A DNA stretch of 64,000 nucleotides, taken from positions 434,001-498,000 of the forward strand of contig NC_000964.3 of the NCBI RefSeq assembly GCF_000009045.1. The letters run 5' to 3'. This document shows positions 21,936 to 32,041 of this stretch, piece by piece; position 1 is the first letter of the stretch; every line of letters starts with the position of its first letter. Below the pieces are notes generated by a model. It was not told where the DNA came from. It made no database searches and worked only from the letters and a program-made list of their open reading frames with translations. This DNA is from Bacillus subtilis subsp. subtilis str. 168 (GTDB lineage: Bacteria > Bacillota > Bacilli > Bacillales > Bacillaceae). The translations under genes and the position numbers were made by a program.

Positions 21936-22067
21936 GTTTGATCACCTCACCGTTTGTTTTCCTCTTATTCATTCTCCTCAAACATAGGAAATCGCTTTTT
22001 TGTCCCGCTGGGTATAATGTATTAGAATAGAGAGAAGCACAACAAAAAGATAAAGAGAGGTACATAT

Positions 22068-22817
22068 ATGTCTGTTCAAAGAGAAGATGTAGATATCAAG
22101 CTGATCGCAATTGATATGGATGGTACACTGCTGAACGACGAGCAGCTGATCTCGGATGAAAACCGCAAAGCCATTCGTGAAGCGGAGGATAAAGGTGTGT
22201 ATGTGGTGATCAGCACGGGCCGGACGCTGATGACGTGCAGGGAGCTGGCGGAATCGCTAAAGCTGTCATCCTTTCTAATCACGGCAAACGGCAGTGAAAT
22301 TTGGGATTCGAATTTTAATTTGGTGGAACGGAAGCTGCTTCATACGGACCATATTCAAATGATGTGGGATTTGCGGAATAAGCACAACACTAATTTCTGG
22401 GCTTCTACGGTGAATAAAGTATGGAGAGGCGAGTTTCCGGAAAACATTACGGATCATGAATGGCTCAAATTCGGCTTTGACATCGAGGATGACGATATCC
22501 GAAACGAAGTGCTTGAGGAGCTGAGAAAAAACAAAGAGCTCGAAATCACAAATTCAAGTCCGACAAACATTGAAGTCAACGCGCTTGGCATCAACAAAGC
22601 TGCAGCCCTTGCCAAGGTTACGGAAAAACTCGGCTTTACAATGGAGAATGTGATGGCGATGGGCGACAGCCTTAATGACATTGCGATGATCAAAGAAGCG
22701 GGTCTTGGCGTCGCAATGGGCAATGCGCAAGACATCGTAAAAGAAACGGCTGATTATATCACGGATACAAATATTGAGGATGGTGTCGCTAAAGCGATTC
22801 GCCATTGGGTACTATAA
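22068..22817 (+). CDS. ycsE: Cof-like HAD phosphatase (FMN/5'-nucleotide/sugar-phosphate hydrolase)
   Basis: DMDGTLL, STGR, K...GDSLNDIAM HAD motifs. Confidence 0.92.
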   Translation: MSVQREDVDIKLIAIDMDGTLLNDEQLISDENRKAIREAEDKGVYVVISTGRTLMTCRELAESLKLSSFLITANGSEIWDSNFNLVERKLLHTDHIQMMWDLRNKHNTNFWASTVNKVWRGEFPENITDHEWLKFGFDIEDDDIRNEVLEELRKNKELEITNSSPTNIEVNALGINKAAALAKVTEKLGFTMENVMAMGDSLNDIAMIKEAGLGVAMGNAQDIVKETADYITDTNIEDGVAKAIRHWVL

Positions 22818-22851
22818 AAAAAGAGAGTCCTAAGATGGACTCTCTTTTTTA
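22816..22851 (+). terminator. Intrinsic terminator of ycsE
   Basis: AAAAAAGAGAGTCC-TAAGAT-GGACTCTCTTTTTT. Confidence 0.88.
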
Positions 22852-22877
22852 GTTTGGCAGGTTTTATTCTGGGACCA

Positions 22878-22894
22878 TGGTAGGTTTTCTGACA
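22878..22894. promoter_or_regulatory. TnrA-box-like site upstream of ycsF promoter
   Basis: TGGTA-N7-TGACA, one mismatch to TGTNA-N7-TNACA, just upstream of -35; operon known to be TnrA-activated. Confidence 0.6.
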
Positions 22895-22901
22895 AAAGTA
22901 T

Positions 22902-22930
22902 TTCACAAACTGATATGATTCACTTATAAT
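22902..22930 (+). promoter_or_regulatory. SigA promoter of ycsF-kipR operon
   Basis: TTCACA-N17-TATAAT. Confidence 0.75.
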
Positions 22931-22944
22931 GAAATAAAGTTCAA

Positions 22945-22970
22945 AAATTCGGAATAGTCGTTCCGAATTT
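22945..22970. promoter_or_regulatory. Perfect 10-bp inverted repeat, candidate KipR operator
   Basis: AAATTCGGAA-N6-TTCCGAATTT downstream of the predicted start site. Confidence 0.55.
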
Positions 22971-23022
22971 CGGGACAATAAATGACATAAAGCATATCGT
23001 TTGCTTTGGCAGGAGGGATTCT

Positions 23023-23796
23023 GTGTTTCAGATTGATTTAAACTGTGATTTAGGAGAAAGCTTCGGAGCCTACAAGATAGGCCTTGACCAAGATATTTTA
23101 GAGTATGTGACATCAGCGAATATCGCATGCGGATTTCATGCAGGAGATCCTAGTGTTATGCGAAAAACCGTCGCGCTTGCAGCAGAAAGAGGCGTGAAAA
23201 TGGGTGCGCATCCGGGCTTGCCGGATTTACTCGGTTTTGGGCGCCGCAATATGGCGATTTCTCCTGAGGAAGCGTATGATCTTGTCGTTTATCAAATTGG
23301 CGCGCTCTCTGGCTTTCTAAAAGCAGAGGGACTTCACATGCAGCACGTCAAGCCGCATGGCGCTTTATACAATATGGCGGCAGTCGATCAAAAACTGTCG
23401 GATGCTATCGCGAAAGCTGTCTATAAGGTTGATCCCGGCCTGATTCTTTTCGGTCTTGCTGAGAGCGAGCTTGTAAAAGCGGGAGAACGGATCGGACTTC
23501 AGACCGCAAATGAAGTGTTCGCCGACAGAACATACCAATCGGACGGCACGCTGACACCGCGCTCCCAGCCGGACGCACTCATTGAAAGTGATGATGCCGC
23601 CGTCACCCAGGTCATCAAAATGGTGAAAGAAGGGGCGGTCAAATCTCAGCAAGGACATGATGTGTCATTAAAAGCAGATACAGTCTGCATTCATGGAGAT
23701 GGAGCCCATGCGCTGACATTTGCGCAAAAAATCAGAAAACAGCTCAAAGCGGCTGGAATTGAAGTGACAGCTATTTCAGAACAGAGGTCAACATAA
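23023..23796 (+). CDS. pxpA: 5-oxoprolinase subunit A (LamB/YcsF)
   Basis: [38 protein letters not shown]; synonym ycsF. Confidence 0.94.
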   Translation: MFQIDLNCDLGESFGAYKIGLDQDILEYVTSANIACGFHAGDPSVMRKTVALAAERGVKMGAHPGLPDLLGFGRRNMAISPEEAYDLVVYQIGALSGFLKAEGLHMQHVKPHGALYNMAAVDQKLSDAIAKAVYKVDPGLILFGLAESELVKAGERIGLQTANEVFADRTYQSDGTLTPRSQPDALIESDDAAVTQVIKMVKEGAVKSQQGHDVSLKADTVCIHGDGAHALTFAQKIRKQLKAAGIEVTAISEQRST

Positions 23797-23810
23797 AGGA
23801 GGAACAATAG

Positions 23811-25025
23811 ATGGAGCAGCAGAAAAAGACAGCAGGAAAAAAAGCGGGCAGCTGGTCATTGCTGATGGGCGCCGCCTTTTTAATGGCGACATCAGCAATC
23901 GGACCGGGTTTCCTCACCCAAACCGCAACATTCACAAACACACTCGCAGCAAGCTTCGGTTTTGTCATCTTAATCTCTATTATTTTAGATATTTTCGCCC
24001 AAACCAATGTGTGGCGCATCATCGCAGTTTCTGGAAAACGAGGTCAGGAAATTGCGAATATGGTGCTTCCCGGACTGGGGTATTTCATCGCCATTCTCGT
24101 CGTGCTTGGCGGACTAGCTTTTAATATTGGGAATATCGGAGGGGCCGGGCTGGGACTTCAGGTGCTGTTCGGCATTACACCTGAAACAGGCGCTTTAATC
24201 AGTGCCGTTATCGCCATTTTGATTTTTGTCATCAAGGAAGCAGGAAAAGCGATGGACCGTTTTACGCAAATCGCGGGGTTCGTGATGATTATTTTAACGG
24301 TCTACGTTGCGGCGACGACAGCTCCTCCGGTCGGACAGGCAGTCGCAAATACATTCGTCCCGGAACACATCAGCATATTTGCCATTGTCACCCTAGTGGG
24401 CGGAACCGTCGGCGGTTATATCACATTTGCCGGAGGACACCGTTTGCTTGATGCCGGAATTAAAGGAAAGGAATCCATTCCGCAGGTGACAAAGAGCTCG
24501 GTTGTCGGCATTTTAATTACATCTGTCATGCGTATCGCTCTTTTTCTTGCGGTTCTAGGCGTTGTATCGAAAGGCCTGCACATCGATGAAAGCAACCCGG
24601 CGGCTTCTGTCTTCAAGCTGGCTGCTGGAAATGTCGGTTATAAAATTTTCGGATTGATCATGTGGTCTGCGGCGATTACGTCTGTTATTGGAGCAGCCTA
24701 TACATCTGTTTCATTTTTTAAAACCTTTTCTCCAAAAATTGAAAAGAATTCACGCGGTATTATTATCGGATTTATTGTGGTTTCTACGTTAGCTTTTGTC
24801 ACAATCGGCCAGCCTGCGAAGATCCTCGTCCTTGTCGGTTCACTGAACGGCTTAATTCTGCCGATTGCGCTCGGAACGCTGCTTGTTGCCGCCTACAAGA
24901 AAAACATTGTCGGTGATTATAAGCATCCGCTTTGGCTGACAAGCACAGGCGCGCTTGTAGTGATTGTAATGGCAGTTATGGGAATCTACACGTTATGTAC
25001 ACAACTTCCTCAATTGTGGAGCTGA
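23811..25025 (+). CDS. ycsG: NRAMP-like transporter, putative 5-oxoproline importer
   Basis: ~11 TM, ATSAIGPGFLTQ, GGTVGGYITF; lacks DPGN metal motif. Confidence 0.85.
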   Translation: MEQQKKTAGKKAGSWSLLMGAAFLMATSAIGPGFLTQTATFTNTLAASFGFVILISIILDIFAQTNVWRIIAVSGKRGQEIANMVLPGLGYFIAILVVLGGLAFNIGNIGGAGLGLQVLFGITPETGALISAVIAILIFVIKEAGKAMDRFTQIAGFVMIILTVYVAATTAPPVGQAVANTFVPEHISIFAIVTLVGGTVGGYITFAGGHRLLDAGIKGKESIPQVTKSSVVGILITSVMRIALFLAVLGVVSKGLHIDESNPAASVFKLAAGNVGYKIFGLIMWSAAITSVIGAAYTSVSFFKTFSPKIEKNSRGIIIGFIVVSTLAFVTIGQPAKILVLVGSLNGLILPIALGTLLVAAYKKNIVGDYKHPLWLTSTGALVVIVMAVMGIYTLCTQLPQLWS

Positions 25026-25030
25026 TATAA

Positions 25031-25822
25031 GTGGAGCAATTAAACAAAATGGCGCCAAAGGATGTACGCGCCCTGATACGAGAGGGGAAAATAAACGGGC
25101 CGACCGCAGGCATGTCCGGCGGCTACGCCCAAGCGAATCTTGTGGTTTTGAAAAAGGACCTTGCGTTTGATTTTCTGCTGTTTTGCCAGCGAAATCAAAA
25201 GCCCTGCCCCGTGCTGGATGTGACTGAAGCAGGTTCGCCTGTGCCGTCTCTGGCTGCGCCGGATGCTGATATCAGAACGGACTTTCCGAAATACCGTATT
25301 TACAGGCACGGTATCCTAACGGAAGAAGTATCTGATATTACGCCATACTGGGAGGACGATTTTGTCGGCTTTCTGATCGGATGCAGTTTCTCCTTTGAAC
25401 AGGCACTGATCAATAATGGGATAGCTGTCCGGCATATTGATGAGGGGACAAACGTCTCAATGTATAAAACGAATATCGATTGTGTTCCGGCGGGGGCGTT
25501 TCACGGACAGATGGTTGTCAGCATGAGGCCGGTTCCTGAACGGCTGGCTGTACGTGCTGCACAAGTGACCTCGCGTTTTCCGGCTGTGCACGGAGGGCCG
25601 ATCCATATTGGCAATCCGGGAGCAATCGGGATTCGCGATCTCGGGAAACCGGATTTCGGAGATGCCGTTTCCATTCGTGACGGCGAGGTTCCTGTTTTTT
25701 GGGCATGCGGAGTGACCCCGCAAGCCGTGGCTATGAATGTAAAGCCTGAAATGGTCATCACACATGCGCCGGGGCATATGCTCATCACAGATATTCGAGA
25801 CGAGTCGCTTGCGGTGCTGTAG
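25031..25822 (+). CDS. ycsI: D-glutamate cyclase-family (DUF1445) putative hydro-lyase
   Basis: QANLVVL, RNQKPCP, GCSFSFE, HGGPIHIG, VFWACGVTPQ, THAPGHM; alternative start ATG 25049. Confidence 0.85.
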   Translation: MEQLNKMAPKDVRALIREGKINGPTAGMSGGYAQANLVVLKKDLAFDFLLFCQRNQKPCPVLDVTEAGSPVPSLAAPDADIRTDFPKYRIYRHGILTEEVSDITPYWEDDFVGFLIGCSFSFEQALINNGIAVRHIDEGTNVSMYKTNIDCVPAGAFHGQMVVSMRPVPERLAVRAAQVTSRFPAVHGGPIHIGNPGAIGIRDLGKPDFGDAVSIRDGEVPVFWACGVTPQAVAMNVKPEMVITHAPGHMLITDIRDESLAVL

Positions 25823-25866
25823 CCTCTCGTCATCCTGATGAACGAGAATTAAAAGAGGTGAGAAAG

Positions 25867-26589
25867 ATGACTGTACGATATCAAATCGAACAGCTCGGTG
25901 ATTCTGCAATGATGATCCGATTCGGAGAAGAAATCAATGAACAGGTCAACGGCATTGTCCATGCAGCGGCCGCTTATATAGAAGAACAGCCATTTCCGGG
26001 ATTCATTGAATGTATCCCGGCTTTTACAAGTCTAACCGTATTTTATGATATGTATGAAGTGTACAAGCATTTGCCTCAAGGCATAAGCTCACCTTTTGAG
26101 AGTGTCAAGCGCGATGTCGAAGAGCGGCTGGCAGAAATAGCCGAAGACTATGAGGTCAACCGCCGTATTGTAGAAATTCCCGTTTGCTATGGCGGTGAAT
26201 TCGGTCCGGATTTAGAAGAGGTGGCGAAGATCAATCAACTGTCACCGGAGGAAGTAATCGACATTCATACAAACGGTGAATATGTGGTGTATATGCTTGG
26301 CTTCGCGCCCGGTTTTCCTTTTCTAGGCGGGATGTCAAAACGCATTGCAGCTCCGAGAAAATCATCGCCAAGACCGTCGATTCCCGCAGGTTCGGTCGGT
26401 ATTGCGGGATTGCAGACAGGCGTTTATCCGATTTCAACGCCGGGCGGCTGGCAGCTGATCGGCAAAACGCCGCTGGCTCTTTTCCGGCCGCAGGAAAACC
26501 CGCCGACATTGCTGCGGGCGGGAGATATTGTGAAATTCGTTCGCATCTCAGAAAAAGACTATCACGCCTATAAGGAGGAGTCCAATTGA
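25867..26589 (+). CDS. kipI: 5-oxoprolinase subunit B / KinA inhibitor KipI
   Basis: [35 protein letters not shown]; synonym pxpB; 240 aa from ATG 25867. Confidence 0.94.
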
Positions 26590-26591
26590 GC

Positions 26592-27599
26592 ATGAAAGTA
26601 TTAAAGCCCGGACTGCTCACAACGGTTCAGGATATAGGCAGAACGGGTTACCAAAAATACGGCGTTCTGGCCAGCGGCGCTATGGACACGGTTTCACTGC
26701 GCATTGCCAATCTGTTGATAGGAAACGGCGAAAATGAAGCAGGTCTCGAAATAACGATGATGGGGCCCGGTCCGTCGTTTCATTTTTCAAAACAGACACT
26801 GATTGCTGTGACAGGGGCGGACTTCACGCTGCGTATTAATGACGAGGAAGCGCCTTTATGGAAGCCTGTGCTCATCAAGGAAAACAGCACGGTCAGCTTT
26901 GGCCCCTGCAAACTCGGCAGCCGTGCTTATTTGGCGGCAGCTGGCGGCATTGAGGTGCCTGCCGTCATGGAAAGTAAAAGCACATACGTCAGAGGAAGCA
27001 TTGGCGGACTTCATGGCAGAGCGCTTCAAAAAGAAGATGAACTGAACATTGGAGAGATGTCAGCTCTTTCGCAAACCATCCTTTCTCGCTTAAGTTCGCA
27101 GCTTGGAAAACAGGGATTTGCAGCACCGAAGTGGTCAGTCAGCCGCGGCAGATTTCTGCCATTGAAGAAGAATCCCGTCATTCGGGTGCTGGAAGGAAAG
27201 CAATTTGCCTTTTTCACAGAAGAATCAAAAACGCGTTTTTATGAAGAAGCATTTCGTGTCACGCCGCAGTCCGACCGTATGGGCTACAGGCTCAAAGGAG
27301 AACCGCTCGAACTGAAGGCCCCGCTTGAGATGGTGTCGGAAGCGGTTTCATTCGGAACAGTTCAGGTGCCGCCTGACGGCAACCCGATTATCCTGCTTGC
27401 AGACCGGCAGACGACTGGCGGCTATCCGAGGATCGCGCACATCATATCCGCTGATCTTCCGATTGTTTCCCAAATCATGCCGGGCGAGCACGTTCAGTTT
27501 GAGCCTGTGTCCCTCCAGGAGGCAGAAGCGCTTGCGGTAGAACGGGAACAGCATATAAAAGAACTGAAAACGAGAATGAAGATGGAATGGCTGACATAG
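26592..27599 (+). CDS. kipA: 5-oxoprolinase subunit C / KipI antagonist
   Basis: [43 protein letters not shown]; synonym pxpC. Confidence 0.94.
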
Positions 27600-27614
27600 C
27601 AAAGGGGATGAATG

Positions 27615-28367
27615 ATGCAGAATAAAAATAAAACCGTAGTCAAATCTATGGCGCTGCTTAATTTGTTTTTGCATAAACCAAGCCTAACCTTAAGTGAACT
27701 GGTGTCGCTGACGGGAATGCCGAAGACCTCTGTTCACCGGATGGTCAGCTCCTTGGAGGAAATGGGGTTCCTCAGTCGGGATGCGTCCGGCGCTTATTCG
27801 CTGGGATTGGTGTTTTTGGAATTCGGACAGCTTGTCGCTGACAGGCTGGATATCAGAAAAATAGCGAAACCGGTGATGGAAGAGCTGTGCCGGGAAGTGG
27901 ATGAGGCCGTGCAGTTGATCATGAGGGACGGCAATGAAGCGATATACGTTGAGAAAATAGAAGGGACACAGACTGTGCGGCTGTATACGGCGATCGGCAG
28001 GCGTTCCCCCCTATACGCGGGAGCGTGCGCCAGAAGCATTCTGTCCTTTCTTCCCCGTGAAGAAATCGAAGCATACATCAAACAAACCGAGCTCATTTCG
28101 ATTGGCTCCGGAACGATTACCGATCCCGAAAAACTGCTTCAGGAGATTGATGCCTCTGTGCAAAATGGCTATACTGTCAGCTATTCAGAGCTCGAAAACT
28201 ATACGGCGGCGATCGGCGCCCCGATCTTTAACCATGAGCGCCAGGTGGCAGCCGGCATTAGCATTGCAGGCTTTGAAGCGAGATTTACAGAAGACAGGCT
28301 GCCCTATTTAACAGAAAAGGTGAAGGACGCCGCTTTACAGATTTCAAGAAAAATAGGATATACATAA
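27615..28367 (+). CDS. kipR: IclR-family repressor of the kip/pxp operon
   Basis: HTH LSELVSLTGMPKTSVHRMVSSL, PLYAGACAR, IGAPIF; ATG 27615 (alt 27612). Confidence 0.92.
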   Translation: MQNKNKTVVKSMALLNLFLHKPSLTLSELVSLTGMPKTSVHRMVSSLEEMGFLSRDASGAYSLGLVFLEFGQLVADRLDIRKIAKPVMEELCREVDEAVQLIMRDGNEAIYVEKIEGTQTVRLYTAIGRRSPLYAGACARSILSFLPREEIEAYIKQTELISIGSGTITDPEKLLQEIDASVQNGYTVSYSELENYTAAIGAPIFNHERQVAAGISIAGFEARFTEDRLPYLTEKVKDAALQISRKIGYT

Positions 28368-28430
28368 GTAGCCAATCTTTTCTCTGCTGCGTACATTAAC
28401 GTATCGACGTTCAAGAGTGGAGGAAAGAAC

Positions 28431-29072
28431 ATGGTGCTTCGATATACAGCTCTGGGCGATTCCTTGACGACAGGGAGAGGCTCCGGGCTGTTTTCACCCG
28501 GCTTCGTCCAGCGTTTTGGGGACATGATGGAAGCTGACTTGAAAACAAGAACGGCAATAAACATATTTGCCAGATCAGGTCTGAATACAGAAGAGATTTT
28601 GGGACTCCTGTCATATCCCTATGTGCAAAAATGTATTCGAGATGCTGATATGATAACGATCACAGGGTGCGGAAACGATCTCATCGATTCGGTCTTAGCC
28701 TACCAAACCTCTAAGGATGAAACGATTTTCAGCCGTGTATCCGCCCATTGCCATGAGAATTTTGAAAAGATGATTGCCAAAGTCGCCGAGATTAAAGGAG
28801 AAAATCCTTCCCCGTACGCCATTCGTGTGTTCAACTTATACAATCCGTTTCCCGAAATTGATATCGCCGGCAAATGGATCACTTCGTTTAATTCACATTT
28901 AGAAACACTTGCATCAGCACCCCATGTCAAAATCGCGGATGCCTATAGCATCTTCAAAGGCAAAGAACAGGAATATCTGTCCTTTGACGGTGTCCATCCG
29001 AACAGCAAAGGCTATCAAGCGATGGCTGAAGCCGTTCACAAGCTAGGCTATAAAGAATTATCAGTTTCATAG
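28431..29072 (+). CDS. lipC: GDSL/SGNH spore coat lipase
   Basis: ALGDSLT, GCGND, DGVHPN blocks; synonym ycsK. Confidence 0.9.
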
Positions 29073-29102
29073 AAAACGCGCCTCATGACAGGCGCGTTTT
29101 TT
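29073..29102 (+). terminator. Intrinsic terminator after lipC
   Basis: AAAACGCGCCT-CATGAC-AGGCGCGTTTTTT. Confidence 0.88.
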
Positions 29103-29244
29103 ATGTGTGATCGAAATATTAAAAGAAACTTAAAATTCTCTGTCTTCTGTTCTACAGACAAACAAAGTGCGCTAGAATAATGGAGGGCGTAGGCAAATAT
29201 AGCCATAACGTTCAATATTTCGTATATAAGGAAGGATGGTCCTT

Positions 29245-29490
29245 TTGTTTCGGATTTTTAAAATGTCTTTTGCGGTTATCATTATTATACTGGCGCTTAT
29301 TGCTTTTAACTATACGGAACACACCTCTGTAATCCAATCGGTCATGCTCGTCTTTCTTGGTGCGGTCATGTTTATGCAGGGGCTTGAAGAGCGCAAAAAA
29401 GAAAATGACGGCTCAGGCGCTTTTAATATTTATACCGCCGTTTTTGTATGGTCTGTCTCCCTTATCGGTTTTACACTTCATATTATATAA
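29245..29490 (+). CDS. yczI: Small 3-TM membrane protein
   Basis: Three hydrophobic segments; TTG 29245 better spaced from AAGGAAGG than ATG 29236. Confidence 0.75.
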   Translation: MFRIFKMSFAVIIIILALIAFNYTEHTSVIQSVMLVFLGAVMFMQGLEERKKENDGSGAFNIYTAVFVWSVSLIGFTLHII

Positions 29491-29495
29491 ATCTA

Positions 29496-29783
29496 TTACA
29501 CATCCTGAAAATGCTCGACCGTCGGGAACGGGGTATAGAACCGATGAAGCAAGGCTTTCCACTCTTGATACTCTGAAGAACCGCGAAAGCCTTCCGTATG
29601 GTCCTCAAGTGTTTCCCACTCCACAAGAAGCAGATATTTATGCGTTTCCTCCATGCATTTTGATAACGAGTGAGTGATATAGCCCTTCATGCCGGAAATA
29701 ATCGGCGCAGCTTGCCGGAATGCATCCTCAAACTCTTGTTCAAGGCCTTCTTTAATGTGAAGCATTGCTGCCTCTCTGACCAT
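29496..29783 (-). CDS. yczJ: ABM-domain putative monooxygenase
   Basis: GYITHSL, LLLVEWETLEDHTEGFRGS; ATG 29783 after AAGGG, 95 aa. Confidence 0.83.
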   Translation of the reverse strand: MVREAAMLHIKEGLEQEFEDAFRQAAPIISGMKGYITHSLSKCMEETHKYLLLVEWETLEDHTEGFRGSSEYQEWKALLHRFYTPFPTVEHFQDV

Positions 29784-29933
29784 GCTATCCCTTCTTTCTG
29801 TCTTTTCAAATAGTCTACAGCAAACGATAGGAGATTTCTGCAAAATCGGTGAACTTTTCCTTCATTTTCAAAAAAATCTTGCACGCACCAATTCAATTAA
29901 GAGAAAATAACAAGTGGAAGGCAGGGGAAAGTC

Positions 29934-31940
29934 ATGTTAAAAAAGTGTATTCTACTAGTATTTCTATGCGTCGGATTGATTGGGTTAATCGGATGCTCCA
30001 AAACAGATTCACCAGAGGATCGCATGGAAGCATTCGTGAAACAGTGGAACGATCAGCAATTCGATGACATGTATCAAAGCCTGACTAAAGATGTCAAAAA
30101 AGAAATCTCCAAAAAAGATTTCGTCAACAGGTATAAAGCCATCTATGAGCAGGCCGGCGTAAAAAATTTGAAAGTCACTGCGGGAGAAGTAGATAAGGAC
30201 GATCAAGACAACAAGACGATGAAACATATCCCGTATAAAGTCAGCATGAACACAAATGCCGGCAAAGTCAGCTTCAAGAATACTGCTGTGCTGAAATTAG
30301 AAAAAACAGATGACGAGGAGTCATGGAATATAGATTGGGACCCATCGTTTATTTTCAAGCAGCTGGCTGACGACAAAACCGTGCAAATTATGAGCATTGA
30401 ACCGAAACGAGGCCAAATTTACGATAAAAATGGAAAAGGCTTAGCCGTCAATACAGATGTTCCGGAAATTGGAATTGTTCCCGGAGAGCTTGGCGATAAA
30501 AAAGAGAAAGTCATAAAAGAACTCGCCAAAAAACTTGATTTGACTGAAGACGACATCAAGAAAAAGCTGGATCAAGGCTGGGTAAAAGACGATTCGTTTG
30601 TGCCGCTCAAAAAGGTCAAGCCTGACCAGGAGAAATTAGTTTCTGAAGCGACGTCATTACAAGGCGTAACAAGAACGAATGTCAGCTCCCGCTACTATCC
30701 GTATGGCGAAAAGACAGCCCATTTGACAGGCTATGTCCGCGCCATTACAGCGGAAGAACTGAAGAAAAAGAAAGAAGGAACGTACAGCGATACGTCTAAC
30801 ATCGGTATCGCCGGACTTGAAAATGTGTATGAAGACAAGCTAAGAGGCACAACTGGCTGGAAAATCTACGTGCCGCAAACCGGGGAAGTCATCGCTGAAA
30901 AGAAAGCAAAGGACGGCGAGGATCTTCACCTCACAATTGATATCAAAACGCAAATGAAGCTGTATGATGAACTGAAGGATGACAGCGGGGCGGCAGTCGC
31001 GCTGCAGCCGAAGACAGGCGAAACACTCGCCCTTGTCAGCGCGCCTTCCTACGATCCAAACGGATTTATTTTCGGCTGGAGCGATAAGGAATGGAAAAAG
31101 CTAAACAAAGATAAAAACAATCCGTTTTCAGCGAAATTCAATAAGACATACGCGCCAGGTTCTACCATTAAACCGATTGCGGCTGCTATTGGAATCAAAA
31201 ACGGCACCCTTAAAGCCGATGAGAAGAAAACAATCAAAGGCAAGGAGTGGCAAAAAGATTCAAGCTGGGGCGGCTATTCAGTGACACGTGTGTCTGAGAG
31301 ACTTCAACAAGTCGATTTGGAAAACGCCCTTATTACGTCAGACAATATTTATTTTGCCCAGAATGCGCTTGATATGGGAGCGGACACCTTTACAAAAGGC
31401 TTGAAGACATTCGGTTTTTCAGAGGACGTTCCGTACGAATTCCCGATCCAGAAATCGTCTATTGCAAATGACAAGCTTGATTCAGACATTTTGCTTGCGG
31501 ATACAGGCTACGGACAAGGGCAAATGCAAATGTCTCCGCTTCACTTGGCAACTGCTTACACGCCATTTGTTGACAATGGAGACCTTGTCAAACCGACGCT
31601 GATCAAAAAAGATTCACAAACAGCTGATGTTTGGCACAAGCAAGTGGTCACGAAGGAAGGAGCGGCAGACATTACAAAAGGTCTGAAAGGCGTTGTGGAA
31701 GATGAGCGCGGATCAGCGTATCAGCCTGTCGTGAAAGGAATCACAGTGGCTGGAAAAACAGGAACAGCCGAGCTGAAAACATCAAAAGATGATAAAGACG
31801 GCACGGAAAATGGCTGGTTTGTCGGCTACGATTACGAAAACAAAGACCTGCTTGTCGCCATGATGATCCAAAATGTGCAGGACCGCGGCGGCAGCCACTA
31901 TGTCGTTGAGAAAGCGAAAAAGCAATTTCAATCGAATTAA
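29934..31940 (+). CDS. pbpC: Class B penicillin-binding protein 3 (PBP2a/MecA-like subclass)
   Basis: Lipobox LIGC, NTF2-like N-domain, SxxK (GSTIK), SDN, KTGT. Confidence 0.95.
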   Translation: MLKKCILLVFLCVGLIGLIGCSKTDSPEDRMEAFVKQWNDQQFDDMYQSLTKDVKKEISKKDFVNRYKAIYEQAGVKNLKVTAGEVDKDDQDNKTMKHIPYKVSMNTNAGKVSFKNTAVLKLEKTDDEESWNIDWDPSFIFKQLADDKTVQIMSIEPKRGQIYDKNGKGLAVNTDVPEIGIVPGELGDKKEKVIKELAKKLDLTEDDIKKKLDQGWVKDDSFVPLKKVKPDQEKLVSEATSLQGVTRTNVSSRYYPYGEKTAHLTGYVRAITAEELKKKKEGTYSDTSNIGIAGLENVYEDKLRGTTGWKIYVPQTGEVIAEKKAKDGEDLHLTIDIKTQMKLYDELKDDSGAAVALQPKTGETLALVSAPSYDPNGFIFGWSDKEWKKLNKDKNNPFSAKFNKTYAPGSTIKPIAAAIGIKNGTLKADEKKTIKGKEWQKDSSWGGYSVTRVSERLQQVDLENALITSDNIYFAQNALDMGADTFTKGLKTFGFSEDVPYEFPIQKSSIANDKLDSDILLADTGYGQGQMQMSPLHLATAYTPFVDNGDLVKPTLIKKDSQTADVWHKQVVTKEGAADITKGLKGVVEDERGSAYQPVVKGITVAGKTGTAELKTSKDDKDGTENGWFVGYDYENKDLLVAMMIQNVQDRGGSHYVVEKAKKQFQSN

Positions 31941-32041
31941 AATGTCTTTTTAAAAGGAGCGAAAGGAAAAAGGGGATCTGAGGCCGAATGAACTAGTAAG
32001 GGGGCAAAACCCGGTTTATACAAAGAAAAGAGGGATTTTGC

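Noticed and set aside
32014-32037. GTTTAT-N12-GGGATT SigB-like motif before ycsN
   Set aside because: The -10 element coincides with the RBS, 4 nt from the start codon, leaving no room for a transcript carrying the RBS
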